From an uncultured Nitrospiraceae bacterium (GTDB lineage: Bacteria > Nitrospirota > Nitrospiria > Nitrospirales > Nitrospiraceae), in NCBI GenBank assembly GCA_963730935.1, contig CAVSTP010000002.1:608001-672000 (forward strand): a DNA stretch of 64,000 nt. The letters run 5' to 3'. Made by a program: the position numbers and the translations under genes. Positions 40,495-49,561 of this stretch are shown here, in pieces (positions within the stretch are counted from its first letter, which is position 1; every line of letters starts with the position of its first letter). Under the pieces are notes generated by a model that ran no database searches, was not told where the DNA came from, and saw nothing but the letters and a program-made list of their open reading frames with translations.

Positions 40495-42000
40495 TTAGAC
40501 CTTCTTGGGCGCTGGGCTCTTCTGTCGTTTCGGGGTTCCCGTCATCAATCCTTCATATCCATGGAGCCCCTTGCCGATGACGAGGCCCTCATTGGTGATT
40601 TCATAGAGTCTGAGTTGCTTGCTATGTTGACTGCCACGCAATTTCACGACCGCGAGGACCCGTTTCAATTGGCCATCCAGTTCGACATAGCGCTGCAGAA
40701 TGATGCCGTCGGTTAAAAACGCCGTGCCATGGGGGCTGAACCGGAGATCGATGTACGAGTCCACCACTTCTACCGTCAAACACAACGTGATCCCCATAGC
40801 CGTGAGCATCGCGACCATGCGGTGGAGCGTTTCACGGAAGTCTTCGCGAAAGGCGGGCGCGAGCGCGAGTTCCAGACCAGAGAGGGAATCAATAACCACC
40901 CGTTTCACGCCATGGGCCAAGACCATCGTCCGCACTTCTTCCAGCGTTTCATCTAAGGAGAGGTCCAGCGGGCGCAGATACATGACGTGGAACAAGCCGC
41001 CGTCTTCCAGGTGCTGGGCGATGCCCAGAGGATTGGTCTTGAAATAGTCGGAGGGGCGTTTTTCGAACACCGCGAGGAGTCCCGGCTGACCCTGCCTGAC
41101 ACCGTCGAGCAGAAACTGCATCGACAGGATGGTCTTCCCGGACCCTGAGGGACCGGCCACCAACAGGGAGGAGCCGGTCGGGATGCCCCCCTCCATCATC
41201 GCATCGAGCCCCTGCACCCCGGTCGAGAGACGCTCGATCGGCGTGGAGGAGACACGGATCTTCTGCCGATCGAGGTCGCTAATTTCCTCTGGAATCGGCA
41301 GCCGTGGAAATACTTGCACGCCCTTTTCGGTGATGCGGAACGTGTGTAAGCCGGGCAACGGCGCTTGTCCACGGATCTTCACGACCTGCAGATTCCGCAC
41401 GATGGAACTTCGCTGAATACTCTGGTTGAGCCACAGGATGCCGTCGGCCACGGTGAAGATGGGATTATCATCCTTCTCGACGTCTTGGTATTCACCCACG
41501 AGGAAGGTCGTCGCCTGCCAGCTCGTGAGCTGCAGCGCAAGGCGCTGGACAAAGGCCTGGAGGTCCAGTTCGCCGCTCGGTTCAGGTCCCCGAGAGGCTC
41601 GGATCACTGAGCGGAACGAATCCACGATTACCAGTCTCGGATCGGCGGACTCGACTTCCGCAACGATCCGCTCCAACACCTTGCCAAGACCGGCTTCCAA
41701 GACATCGTTCGCAATGGAAAGAAAACGGATAGTGGAATTGACCTTGCCCGCATCGAAAAAGGTGAATTGTTGCTGATAGCGCAGCAGTTTGAGTGAAGGC
41801 TCACCGAGGACCGTCACGTACAAGGCTGGACGTTCGGGAGTCGCCAGGGCAAACGCGATCTGATGCACCAGGGTGGTCTTACCGGCGCCAGGCCCCCCTG
41901 CCAGAAGGTTGAAAGAATACTCAGGCAACCCCCCTCCCAGTACTTCATTGAGTCCTGGGACGCCGGTATCGAGCCTGACGATGGGTACCTTTTCGTTCAT
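40495..42000 (-). CDS. KaiC-like / RAD55-family double-domain ATPase
   Basis: two RecA-like domains: TGVPGL..GGPGAGKT..VDS and STGVQGLD..GPSGSGKT..IDS; KIRG/KLRG motifs. Confidence 0.9.
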   Translation of the reverse strand: MNEKVPIVRLDTGVPGLNEVLGGGLPEYSFNLLAGGPGAGKTTLVHQIAFALATPERPALYVTVLGEPSLKLLRYQQQFTFFDAGKVNSTIRFLSIANDVLEAGLGKVLERIVAEVESADPRLVIVDSFRSVIRASRGPEPSGELDLQAFVQRLALQLTSWQATTFLVGEYQDVEKDDNPIFTVADGILWLNQSIQRSSIVRNLQVVKIRGQAPLPGLHTFRITEKGVQVFPRLPIPEEISDLDRQKIRVSSTPIERLSTGVQGLDAMMEGGIPTGSSLLVAGPSGSGKTILSMQFLLDGVRQGQPGLLAVFEKRPSDYFKTNPLGIAQHLEDGGLFHVMYLRPLDLSLDETLEEVRTMVLAHGVKRVVIDSLSGLELALAPAFREDFRETLHRMVAMLTAMGITLCLTVEVVDSYIDLRFSPHGTAFLTDGIILQRYVELDGQLKRVLAVVKLRGSQHSKQLRLYEITNEGLVIGKGLHGYEGLMTGTPKRQKSPAPKKV

Positions 42001-42440
42001 TGCTGGGTCTCCTCAGAGGGAACAGACAAGATGTCGGGCCACGCGAGATGCAACAGGTGCCGGGTTAATGGCTCACCAATAAACGTCGCCAAGAGTTCAA
42101 CAAAGCTCTTCGACAGAGCCATGGACGCCTCTGCGATTTCTTGCTCTCGTCGCAAACAGGCGCCCAGTGCGTTAAGGAAGCCGTCCTCTTCCGCGCCTCG
42201 CACCTCTCGGTAGCAGGGGAATGCGTGTTCTGTCAGTTTGAGACTTCGGCGCAAGAGTGCCAGGGAGCCCACGCTTCCCAAGATGGGGATTAAAACGGAG
42301 AGAAGCCTCTCGAACATCGCCACGGCCGCTGAAGCCAGCTCTTCCGGGTCCTGTCGTCTGCCGAGGCAGTCCACGTGTATCCGAGCCATGGCTTGGTGCA
42401 GCTGTGGAAACTTTTGCGCGCTATCCATTGCGGTCACCAC
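41997..42440 (-). CDS. small helical protein translationally coupled to the KaiC-like ATPase
   Basis: ATGA overlap; L.PILGSVGS.ALL.RSL, LLATFIGE.LT..LL motifs. Confidence 0.75.
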   Translation of the reverse strand: MVTAMDSAQKFPQLHQAMARIHVDCLGRRQDPEELASAAVAMFERLLSVLIPILGSVGSLALLRRSLKLTEHAFPCYREVRGAEEDGFLNALGACLRREQEIAEASMALSKSFVELLATFIGEPLTRHLLHLAWPDILSVPSEETQQ

Positions 42441-42540
42441 TTCTTATCCCTACGGGAAACGGGAGTGCGATTGGGATGCTCAGGATTCTCTCGGAGCAGT
42501 CACACAAGAGGTAAGGGACTCTACGCCTTCCCTTAAGGAA

Positions 42541-42566
42541 AGATAGATAGATAGATAGATAGATAG
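42541..42566. repeat. (AGAT)6AG tetranucleotide tract ~100 bp upstream of the KaiC-like operon
   Basis: agatagatagatagatagatagatag. Confidence 0.9.
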
Positions 42567-42685
42567 GGAATTCAGAATGGTATGGCCGAAGGATGAGCGT
42601 CGTCTGTTTGCCTCAACTGGAGATGCATCCAATATTCTACGGAAGGAGCCGCTTACCAGCGATCGCGCTTTCCGCCGCCGGCACC

Positions 42686-42895
42686 CTACGCTGCTTGGAT
42701 TTTCTGGACGAAGTAGTCGTAACACGCGGGGCAGAAGCTATTCGTCAGACGGCAGTTGATGGGATAGATCCCGGTTGCGTCTCGGCAGGCCTTTTCGCTG
42801 AGCCAGCCGCTTGCCCATGTTTCGTCATGCACCAGACCACAGAGATGACAGATCAGAAGTACCGGGGCGTCCGGTCCAGGGTGAGAAGTGGACAT
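42686..42895 (-). CDS. small Cys-rich protein
   Basis: GGGAGG RBS; ICHLCGL...W...FCPAC. Confidence 0.6.
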   Translation of the reverse strand: MSTSHPGPDAPVLLICHLCGLVHDETWASGWLSEKACRDATGIYPINCRLTNSFCPACYDYFVQKIQAA

Positions 42896-43319
42896 ATAAC
42901 CTCCCTCGGTGCAATGAAAGCAGACGACCTCTCATCAAGTGGCGCTGGCCAACTTCGACCTGTCACTGGCGTACCATCGACAATCACAGGCGTGACACAC
43001 GAGTAGCTCGACGGCTACGTCACTGTATACATCATTTCAGTCTCGGGGTGAGCATGCCGCCGCAGACCCTGAAGCGAGCGCAAGAATTTGCTCTCTAGGA
43101 ACATGGATGAATGGCCCTATGAGATGACCTATCATTCCGATGCGGTAAATAATTTTCCTACCTCTTCTAGGTAATAGCCTCGAGATCCCCCGAATATCTA
43201 AATTGACACGAATGGATGTGACGACGTGTCATTAGGTGGTCACACCAGTCAGGTTCTATTCGTGGGCATTTGAGACCCTGAAACGTTTCATATTTTGCAA
43301 TAATCTCTGGGAGACCATC

Positions 43320-43565
43320 ATGCTGATGTGGACACAACAGACGCCAAACAGACCTGGGTGGTATTGGATGCTGAGTCCCGCGAAAGAGAGTAGTCAACCA
43401 ACGGTTGTACAAATCGTGCCTGAGCGGGAGACTCGTCGTTGGTTGGTGCTAATTCCTGCCTCCCAATATCCAAAGACGTCGAGCACGGAGGTAGATCTTC
43501 AAAGTGTAGACGCCATGTGGGCCGGACCTATTGAGCTACCGAGGGTTTTGGCAGACGTTGCTTAG
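43320..43565 (+). CDS. small phage-type hypothetical protein
   Basis: WTQQTPNRPGWYW...WAGPIELP. Confidence 0.55.
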   Translation: MLMWTQQTPNRPGWYWMLSPAKESSQPTVVQIVPERETRRWLVLIPASQYPKTSSTEVDLQSVDAMWAGPIELPRVLADVA

Positions 43566-44376
43566 AAGATGCCTCATTTCTCCATGCCCTCCTCGCCTCA
43601 TCGTTTAGGGCCGTTTTTTGGGCAGTGACATTTTGCACCGCGAGCTGAAAATCGCCAGGCGCGAGCGCGCAGCGAGACCGAACGGCTGGCCCTCCAGCAG
43701 CGGGCGGCCCAAGGCTTCAAGCTCGGGCACCAGAAAATGCGCCAAGGCATCCGAGACCACCTGCTCCCGTTGGCGGCCTGGTGTCGCGAGTATGAAACGC
43801 TCCGCGAGGAGACGCGGGAGACGTTCGGCGTCCAGCTGCCGGATCTCCCCCACTTCGTTTTGAAGGAGCGCGATATCAAAGAAATGTGCGAGACGATTTT
43901 TTCGCAGAACCGCTTCGGCAGTTCGCCTTTGACCGACGAGGACAAGCGCATCTAAACGCAGGGTAGGATGGTTAAACGTGACGGAGGCGGCGCGCCACGC
44001 GGTCAACCCAGGCTGCGGCCCACCCCCTCTGACTGGCGCGAGTTCCCACGCAGACGCCTTAACCGCAGTTTGGGCGCCCTCGCCGCAAGGTTTCGCTTAA
44101 AACGCCGCTCACCTATCAATACATGAGAATTATTCAGGCTGCTCTGTATTTCTTTCATCTCTTTCCTAAGCCGTGCAAGCCTTTCCCTGATTTCCTTTTT
44201 GGTCGCCATAATCTCCCCTCAAGTTTAGTAGATGACCAGTACTAAAGTGCTGAAAGACCACAATCTCGCCAACAGATGGCAGCAGCACTAACCCCATTTC
44301 CCTATTCTTGTCTGAAAGAACAGGGGCAAAGTCTAGGCCAGTAGAACGGCCATAGCTGGTCAAAACTGATCAGGTT

Positions 44377-44622
44377 TCAGAAGCGGCAGCGGAAATAGGA
44401 GCAGGTCCGACAGCGCGTGCATTGCCATGGATACCATCCCAACCAGCTCAGCAGATGAGCCACCCATCGGCGACGCGTTACACGTTGCCATACGCACCGA
44501 CATTTGGGCTTGGACAGTGCTCGGCGCGATGTTGGGGGATGCTGTGGGATGCTGCCCTGCACACGAAACAGATCATCAGCGACGAGACGCTCGGCGGTAG
44601 TCTGCGGGCCTGACAGTGTCAT
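44377..44622 (-). CDS. small Zn-ribbon protein
   Basis: YPWQCTRCRT..YFR; immediately downstream of the Crp gene. Confidence 0.4.
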   Translation of the reverse strand: MTLSGPQTTAERLVADDLFRVQGSIPQHPPTSRRALSKPKCRCVWQRVTRRRWVAHLLSWLGWYPWQCTRCRTCSYFRCRF

Positions 44623-44624
44623 GA

Positions 44625-45347
44625 CTAAAGGGGAGTATGTAGAAGTCGCTCGTACTCGCGCTTGATGTCGCCGTAGCACTCGCAACTGACGTTTTTAAGA
44701 TGCGGTCGATCTAACACGCGAATCTTTCCACCGAGGTAGGTAATAAGCTTAGCTTTCGACAACGTCTCTAGGGTGCTGGTAACGATTGCCTCAGGGACGA
44801 CGAGCATATACGAGATGAAATGATGCCCGAGGATAAACGACTCATCGTGCACTCGATCTTGGGTCATAAGAATCCATCGGGCACACCGTTGTTCAATACT
44901 ATGGACTCGGTTACACGCCGCGTTTTGCACGACCTGACTGAATTCCGCCTGAACGTACAGAAGCAGAATGTTTCGCAATCCGGTGGTGGCGTCCTCGATC
45001 ACGTTGTTGAAATCCTCTGCCGACATGGTGAGCGCTTCACCACCGATTTGTGCAATGGAATCCAATGGCTCTTTTTGACTTCCAAAAAACCGCGCCATCC
45101 CAACGAAGCCTTCGTTGCCAATGGTCGCGACTTCCATCGTTATGCCATCTTCCATGGTCTTGAGAGTGGAGGAAACAAAAGAAAGCGGGAAGTACACGGT
45201 AGAGGTTGGTCGAGCCGCGCGTAACAGGAATTGCCCTATCTCTACAGTCGCAAGATTCAGCATGGGCAGTAACCGTTGCTGAATCTCAGGCCTCAAAAGG
45301 CACAGGAGATAGTTGCGCTGGAGATCCGCAATGGAGGAAGCAGGCAT
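44625..45347 (-). CDS. Crp/Fnr family transcriptional regulator
   Basis: VYFP, EVATIGNEGFVG, ACNRVHSIEQRCARWIL, SCECY; HTH partly divergent. Confidence 0.88.
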   Translation of the reverse strand: MPASSIADLQRNYLLCLLRPEIQQRLLPMLNLATVEIGQFLLRAARPTSTVYFPLSFVSSTLKTMEDGITMEVATIGNEGFVGMARFFGSQKEPLDSIAQIGGEALTMSAEDFNNVIEDATTGLRNILLLYVQAEFSQVVQNAACNRVHSIEQRCARWILMTQDRVHDESFILGHHFISYMLVVPEAIVTSTLETLSKAKLITYLGGKIRVLDRPHLKNVSCECYGDIKREYERLLHTPL

Positions 45348-45738
45348 GGGCGCTGGCCTTCTGTCTGATGACTGCGCCTATTACCCAGGGCGTGCCGGAG
45401 CAACAAAAAGCGCACGGTCACCAAATCACTAAAAAGCGGTAGCGATCAGTGCGCCTTTGCGTCCAGAGGCTCTATGTGGAGGACAACTTTCGCGGAGTGT
45501 GTGATTATGAGGTAAGCTTGTCAGTCCGAGCTCTCTTATTGTACCCGACGGGTCCCAGGAGCACAAGAGCGGTAAACGTCGGCTGTCGGGCCTTCCAAGA
45601 GGCCATCGGCAGTTGTGTAGGGTGAGTGAAGTACGTTAGGCGCTCTAGAAGGCTGGGTCAAGTGGTCATTGGACCTGCCGACACCGCATCGCCGATCCCG
45701 AGATCAGACTATCAAAAGGAAGGGTGGGCGAGAGAACT

Positions 45739-45846
45739 GACAGCCCATACGAGGACAATGCGCGGAGTCCTCACTGGATCAAAATCAAGAATCCGGCGTA
45801 TAGTCAGAAGGAAGGACGGGCGGATTTGTTTAAGCGAACGGGGTAA
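45739..45846 (+). pseudogene. C-terminal remnant of an ATP-dependent DNA ligase
   Basis: DSPYEDNARSPHWIKIKNPAYSQKEGRADLFKRTG*. Confidence 0.65.
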
Positions 45847-46311
45847 GGCCGGAGGCGACTGATTGCGGAGGTGCCCTATGTGGATACGATCGCTCCTGTG
45901 CTTCATGGTGCTCACGCTCACGCTTCCCACCTTGGCCCACGCTGACGAGTACGACACCGAAATGCGGATGCTTGATTTAGAACTGTCGAATATTTACCTT
46001 CGCCAGCAGGCGATCGACGCCGAGCTGTAACGCCCCCGAGCCCTCACGGACGTGAGCGGCAGCCTGATGCCCCGGCAGAGTATGAGTATCGAGGCACCAT
46101 TGGAAGAAGCGTACATCCCTCCCTCGGCGGCGCCTTCACGATCGATGCGGCCGCCCTGGCTTCAGCCCGTGGATCCCATGATCCCCATGCTGCCCGAGGA
46201 TCGGGCGCGGATGCACTGCCTTGGACCTCGCGATTGCTATTTGAATCAGACGGGACGGGAGCGGTTTTAGGATGTCTTCTGCCGAAGTTGGGAGGAGTTC
46301 ACCGAATCGCG

Positions 46312-47172
46312 CTAGTTCTGCGGTTTCAGAAAGTTCCATTTCGGCTGCTCGAAGTACTGTTCAAGGGCCGGCGCCCAATCTGGTTGTGGCCGTGGAAATC
46401 TTGCCAGCGCATGAATCATCGATGTTTTGAAAGCCAGTAAGGGATGATCCTCAGTGTAGCCCGTGTGGAAGTAGTCTTCCGGGGCGGCCGCTCCCGCGTG
46501 AACAGGCTTCGTATAAAGAAATCCTTTGCCCACAATAAAAAGCCCGTGTAGGTGGGTGGGGTTGCCAAGCCTCTTCGTATAATCCGCCATTCTCTGAGCA
46601 AGCCTCGGAAGGTCCTTAGTCACAGAGTCCGACGCCTCGAAGGCGAAGACGTACGATCGTATGGATGGAATCTGGGCCGCCCACTCACGAGGCATCACGA
46701 ATGTTTCCGTGCAGCTACTGGCGAATGGCAGGTGATACTTTCTGTCTTTCATCTTGCGCAATTCCCGGTTGTTTATCAGACATTGCTCGATCGAGTTTTC
46801 CGCTAACTCTTTTGCTTCATCGGATGAACTTCTTAATGTCGCCTTCACTTCGACGTAACCGTACACGGCTTCCAACGGGAAGACGTCACAGGTTTCTAGC
46901 GAGACGAGGGGACCACTTCTTAGCGCGTCGTAAATAATGATATCGAGTTGAGAAGAAAGTCGCGGGCCTTCGGGAGTGTGATACACCACAAAGCCAGTAG
47001 AGAGTCCGTACTCCGCCGGGAGAATCGATCGAAGCAGCGTATGCACTCCGTTTTCCAGGGCCCGGCCCTTCTCTCCGGCGTGAACAATGGCCGCTCGTAC
47101 CGCGTTGAGTTTGGCGAGAAGAAGGTCTTCTTCAATTGCGTTGAGGTCAGAAAAGTTTGGCGCTTTGTTCAT
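46312..47172 (-). CDS. DUF6602-like putative PD-(D/E)xK nuclease-domain protein
   Basis: H.GEKG..LE, LP..Y...TG, SSQLDIIIYD, FPLEAV...EVKATL. Confidence 0.7.
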   Translation of the reverse strand: MNKAPNFSDLNAIEEDLLLAKLNAVRAAIVHAGEKGRALENGVHTLLRSILPAEYGLSTGFVVYHTPEGPRLSSQLDIIIYDALRSGPLVSLETCDVFPLEAVYGYVEVKATLRSSSDEAKELAENSIEQCLINNRELRKMKDRKYHLPFASSCTETFVMPREWAAQIPSIRSYVFAFEASDSVTKDLPRLAQRMADYTKRLGNPTHLHGLFIVGKGFLYTKPVHAGAAAPEDYFHTGYTEDHPLLAFKTSMIHALARFPRPQPDWAPALEQYFEQPKWNFLKPQN

Positions 47173-47194
47173 TGCAGGTCAGGCTTGAAAGCGA

Positions 47195-47851
47195 TTATTT
47201 ATTGTGCTTCTGGACTTGCGTCGTAAGGTCACCAACGCAGGAAGCAAACTTGTCGATGGCATCATCTGTCCGATACCGTTTAATGGAGCCGTCCGAAGCT
47301 GCGGCGGATGTTACGACGTGTAAATCTAAATCGCTTAGGACGTCCATACCGTCCTTATGCCGATTGAACCCTATGGTGACGGGCTGGCCGTTAAGTATGT
47401 CTTCGAGAACAGCCATTGAGCCTTTATCGAGCTCATAGACGAAAATCTTTGCTCCTGCCGTGTCCGACGCGGTGCTCAGCATCTTGCTTTTAGCCGTCGT
47501 GCCATGAGGGGTCTGTATATACGCATAGAAGGGCGCCTCCGGCTTTGCTGTCTTGCTGAAGCTGTCGACTGTGCCGATCTTTAATGACAGTCCAATCATG
47601 TCTTGGTTTTTGTTTGTGAAGTACGCGATGTTCCCCACGATTGTGATCAAGGTGCCGTTTCGATACACAAAATCTTGCTGAGCCACCCTGTACACCAGCG
47701 TACATCCTCCGAGGACCCCGGCCGCTTGCACCGGCTGAAATTCGACGGAAACTGTGCCCGCGAATTGAGACATATCTAGCGCCGTTGGCTGCTCCGCATA
47801 GGCCGCTCCGCTACTTAGCATCAGGAGAGCGATGAAGAAGACCCGTTTCAT
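47195..47851 (-). CDS. secreted hypothetical protein
   Basis: signal peptide MKRVFFIALLMLSSGAAYA. Confidence 0.65.
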   Translation of the reverse strand: MKRVFFIALLMLSSGAAYAEQPTALDMSQFAGTVSVEFQPVQAAGVLGGCTLVYRVAQQDFVYRNGTLITIVGNIAYFTNKNQDMIGLSLKIGTVDSFSKTAKPEAPFYAYIQTPHGTTAKSKMLSTASDTAGAKIFVYELDKGSMAVLEDILNGQPVTIGFNRHKDGMDVLSDLDLHVVTSAAASDGSIKRYRTDDAIDKFASCVGDLTTQVQKHNK

Positions 47852-48160
47852 TTCCCCCTGTGCGCTCCTTCGCCGCCTGCTCACAGATTCGCTGAATCTC
47901 TCGCACCCGAGCCGGATCCGGTGGAGGCCCGCAGTCGACCATTCCTTTGAACGGTTCTATCGTCGCATCGGACATACCGAGTCGACGATCAAAGTGATCA
48001 TGGCATGGATGCATAAGTTTTGTGCATCCTATAGCTTCTCAAAGATCGGCCCATCCATCGGCTGCCGCATCCCGAGCATGAGCCCTTCGCGGGCGCGGAC
48101 GACGGGACGGTAACCGGTGATGAGTGTTTGAACCGGCTTATGTGTTCGATACATGTTCAT
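47848..48160 (-). pseudogene. disrupted copy of 24290-24670
   Basis: MNMYRTHKPVQTLITGYRPVVRARE...FEKL* internal stop plus a frameshift. Confidence 0.75.
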
Positions 48161-48414
48161 TCTGCTTTGTGGGCTTTCCAATAATCACGCTTGAAATCGG
48201 TGAGTTCTTCCAGCACAGCTTCTAGACGCTGGAGGAGTAACAATAAGATACAGCCGACTCCTACAGTGGCCTGTGTTTCAGCCGATGCAGGAATGCCTAT
48301 GTATGCAAACATCCTTCCGCCGGACATGGCGGAAAAGAAAAGGAGGATCGCAACGAAACCGTAGAACATTGAGGTCTTATACCAGTCATGAGCGGTCCAG
48401 TTTGCTCCTGTCAT
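48157..48414 (-). CDS. small two-TM membrane protein
   Basis: GGAGG RBS, two hydrophobic helices. Confidence 0.55.
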   Translation of the reverse strand: MTGANWTAHDWYKTSMFYGFVAILLFFSAMSGGRMFAYIGIPASAETQATVGVGCILLLLLQRLEAVLEELTDFKRDYWKAHKAE

Positions 48415-48652
48415 GAGCCCTCCTTCTCATGTATTTGGCGGCCTAATCATGGCACGCACGCTAACAGAGCCGCGCCTGTCCAGCAACCCTGTTTCAAAAG
48501 ATGTTGTAGGGGAAACTGTGGAGAGTGGGAGAAGGGCGGATCAAAGGACTCTACGCTCAGAAGTAACTTTAAAGAGGGATCTAAAGAGGGACCTGGCTAA
48601 GTGGGCCGTTCTGGTGAAGTAGAAAAAATGCTTGTGATTTAGAAGGGTTGGA

Positions 48653-48702
48653 TGGTGCCGAGGGACAGAATCGAACTGTCGACACCAGCCTTTTCAGGGC
48701 TG
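48653..48702 (-). repeat. tRNA-Phe(GAA) 3' fragment (att relic)
   Basis: reverse complement cagcc-ctGAAaa-ggctg gtgtc gacagttcgattctgtc cctcggc acca; no D-arm or 5' strand. Confidence 0.85.
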
Positions 48703-48859
48703 ACGATAAGCGTATTATATTGAGTATCGGCGTAATATACCAATCCTGGCATTGTCACTGGGCATTGCCTGAGTTTAATTGGCTTTGTCGGATGGCAGAT
48801 AGTGCTCTTAGTATTGCAGAATAAGCGTTGAAACACCTACCTCACTGTGAGGGTGCCGT

Positions 48860-49132
48860 ATGAGTTGGAACGAGGAGGCTAACATCCGTTGTTTGTTGAG
48901 CTACGCTTGCCCTCAATTGTGGAGTCGACTTGGGGAGACTAATTCTCCTGATCGTCGCCATTGCGAAGAGTGCCATCGTGATGTGTTCCTAGTCCGCGAT
49001 GAGGAAGAGTTTGCTCGGCATGCCGGACAGGGCCACTGTGTTGCAGTACCCTTAGGAGGCGATGGGTCATTCTTTAAGGACGATGAGATGGTTATGGGCT
49101 CACCAGTAGTGCCATCCGAGTCGGAAGTGTAG
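48860..49132 (+). CDS. small Cys-rich hypothetical protein
   Basis: CPQLW..L.....RHCEEC.R.V...GHCVA. Confidence 0.6.
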   Translation: MSWNEEANIRCLLSYACPQLWSRLGETNSPDRRHCEECHRDVFLVRDEEEFARHAGQGHCVAVPLGGDGSFFKDDEMVMGSPVVPSESEV

Positions 49133-49330
49133 AGCAGTAAGAAGTTCACTCCATCCTGTGCTGAGACAGGTCCCGGGCCTTCGTTAGTCCTCGCATCTCT
49201 GCAAAAACATTACATTGTGAATTTTGTCGGACGAACGTGGAGCTATCTGGGTTTATAATAAACATATAAGGTTTTCATCTTAGGTACTCAATAACTGATG
49301 TATCACGACACTTCTAAGGAGGCTCAAATT

Positions 49331-49528
49331 ATGGCGCGTAAAAAGCAATCTATCTCGATTCTTCGTCTCAAAGACCTTCAACACCGTGTCCCGCTATCAC
49401 GTAGCGCGATCTACGCCAAAATATCGGCTGGAGAATTTCCGGCACCAATCTCGCTTGGTCCAAGAGCAGTCGGATGGCTATCGGATGATATCGACAAGTG
49501 GATAGAGCGCCGACTACATACGCGATGA
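49331..49528 (+). CDS. AlpA family excisionase/regulator
   Basis: ILRLKDL...LSRSAIY..I..GEFPAPISLGPRAVGW; AAGGAGG RBS. Confidence 0.9.
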   Translation: MARKKQSISILRLKDLQHRVPLSRSAIYAKISAGEFPAPISLGPRAVGWLSDDIDKWIERRLHTR

Positions 49529-49561
49529 GCGCAACAATGAGAAGGAAACGCGGCCAAAGCC

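Noticed and set aside
40495..42000. Canonical circadian clock (kaiABC)
   Set aside because: No kaiA or kaiB in the window, the S431-equivalent site is absent, and the context is two-component signalling.
48653..48702. Functional tRNA-Phe gene
   Set aside because: It lacks the 5' acceptor strand and D-arm; treated as an att relic. The same applies to 19712, 36995 and 5724.
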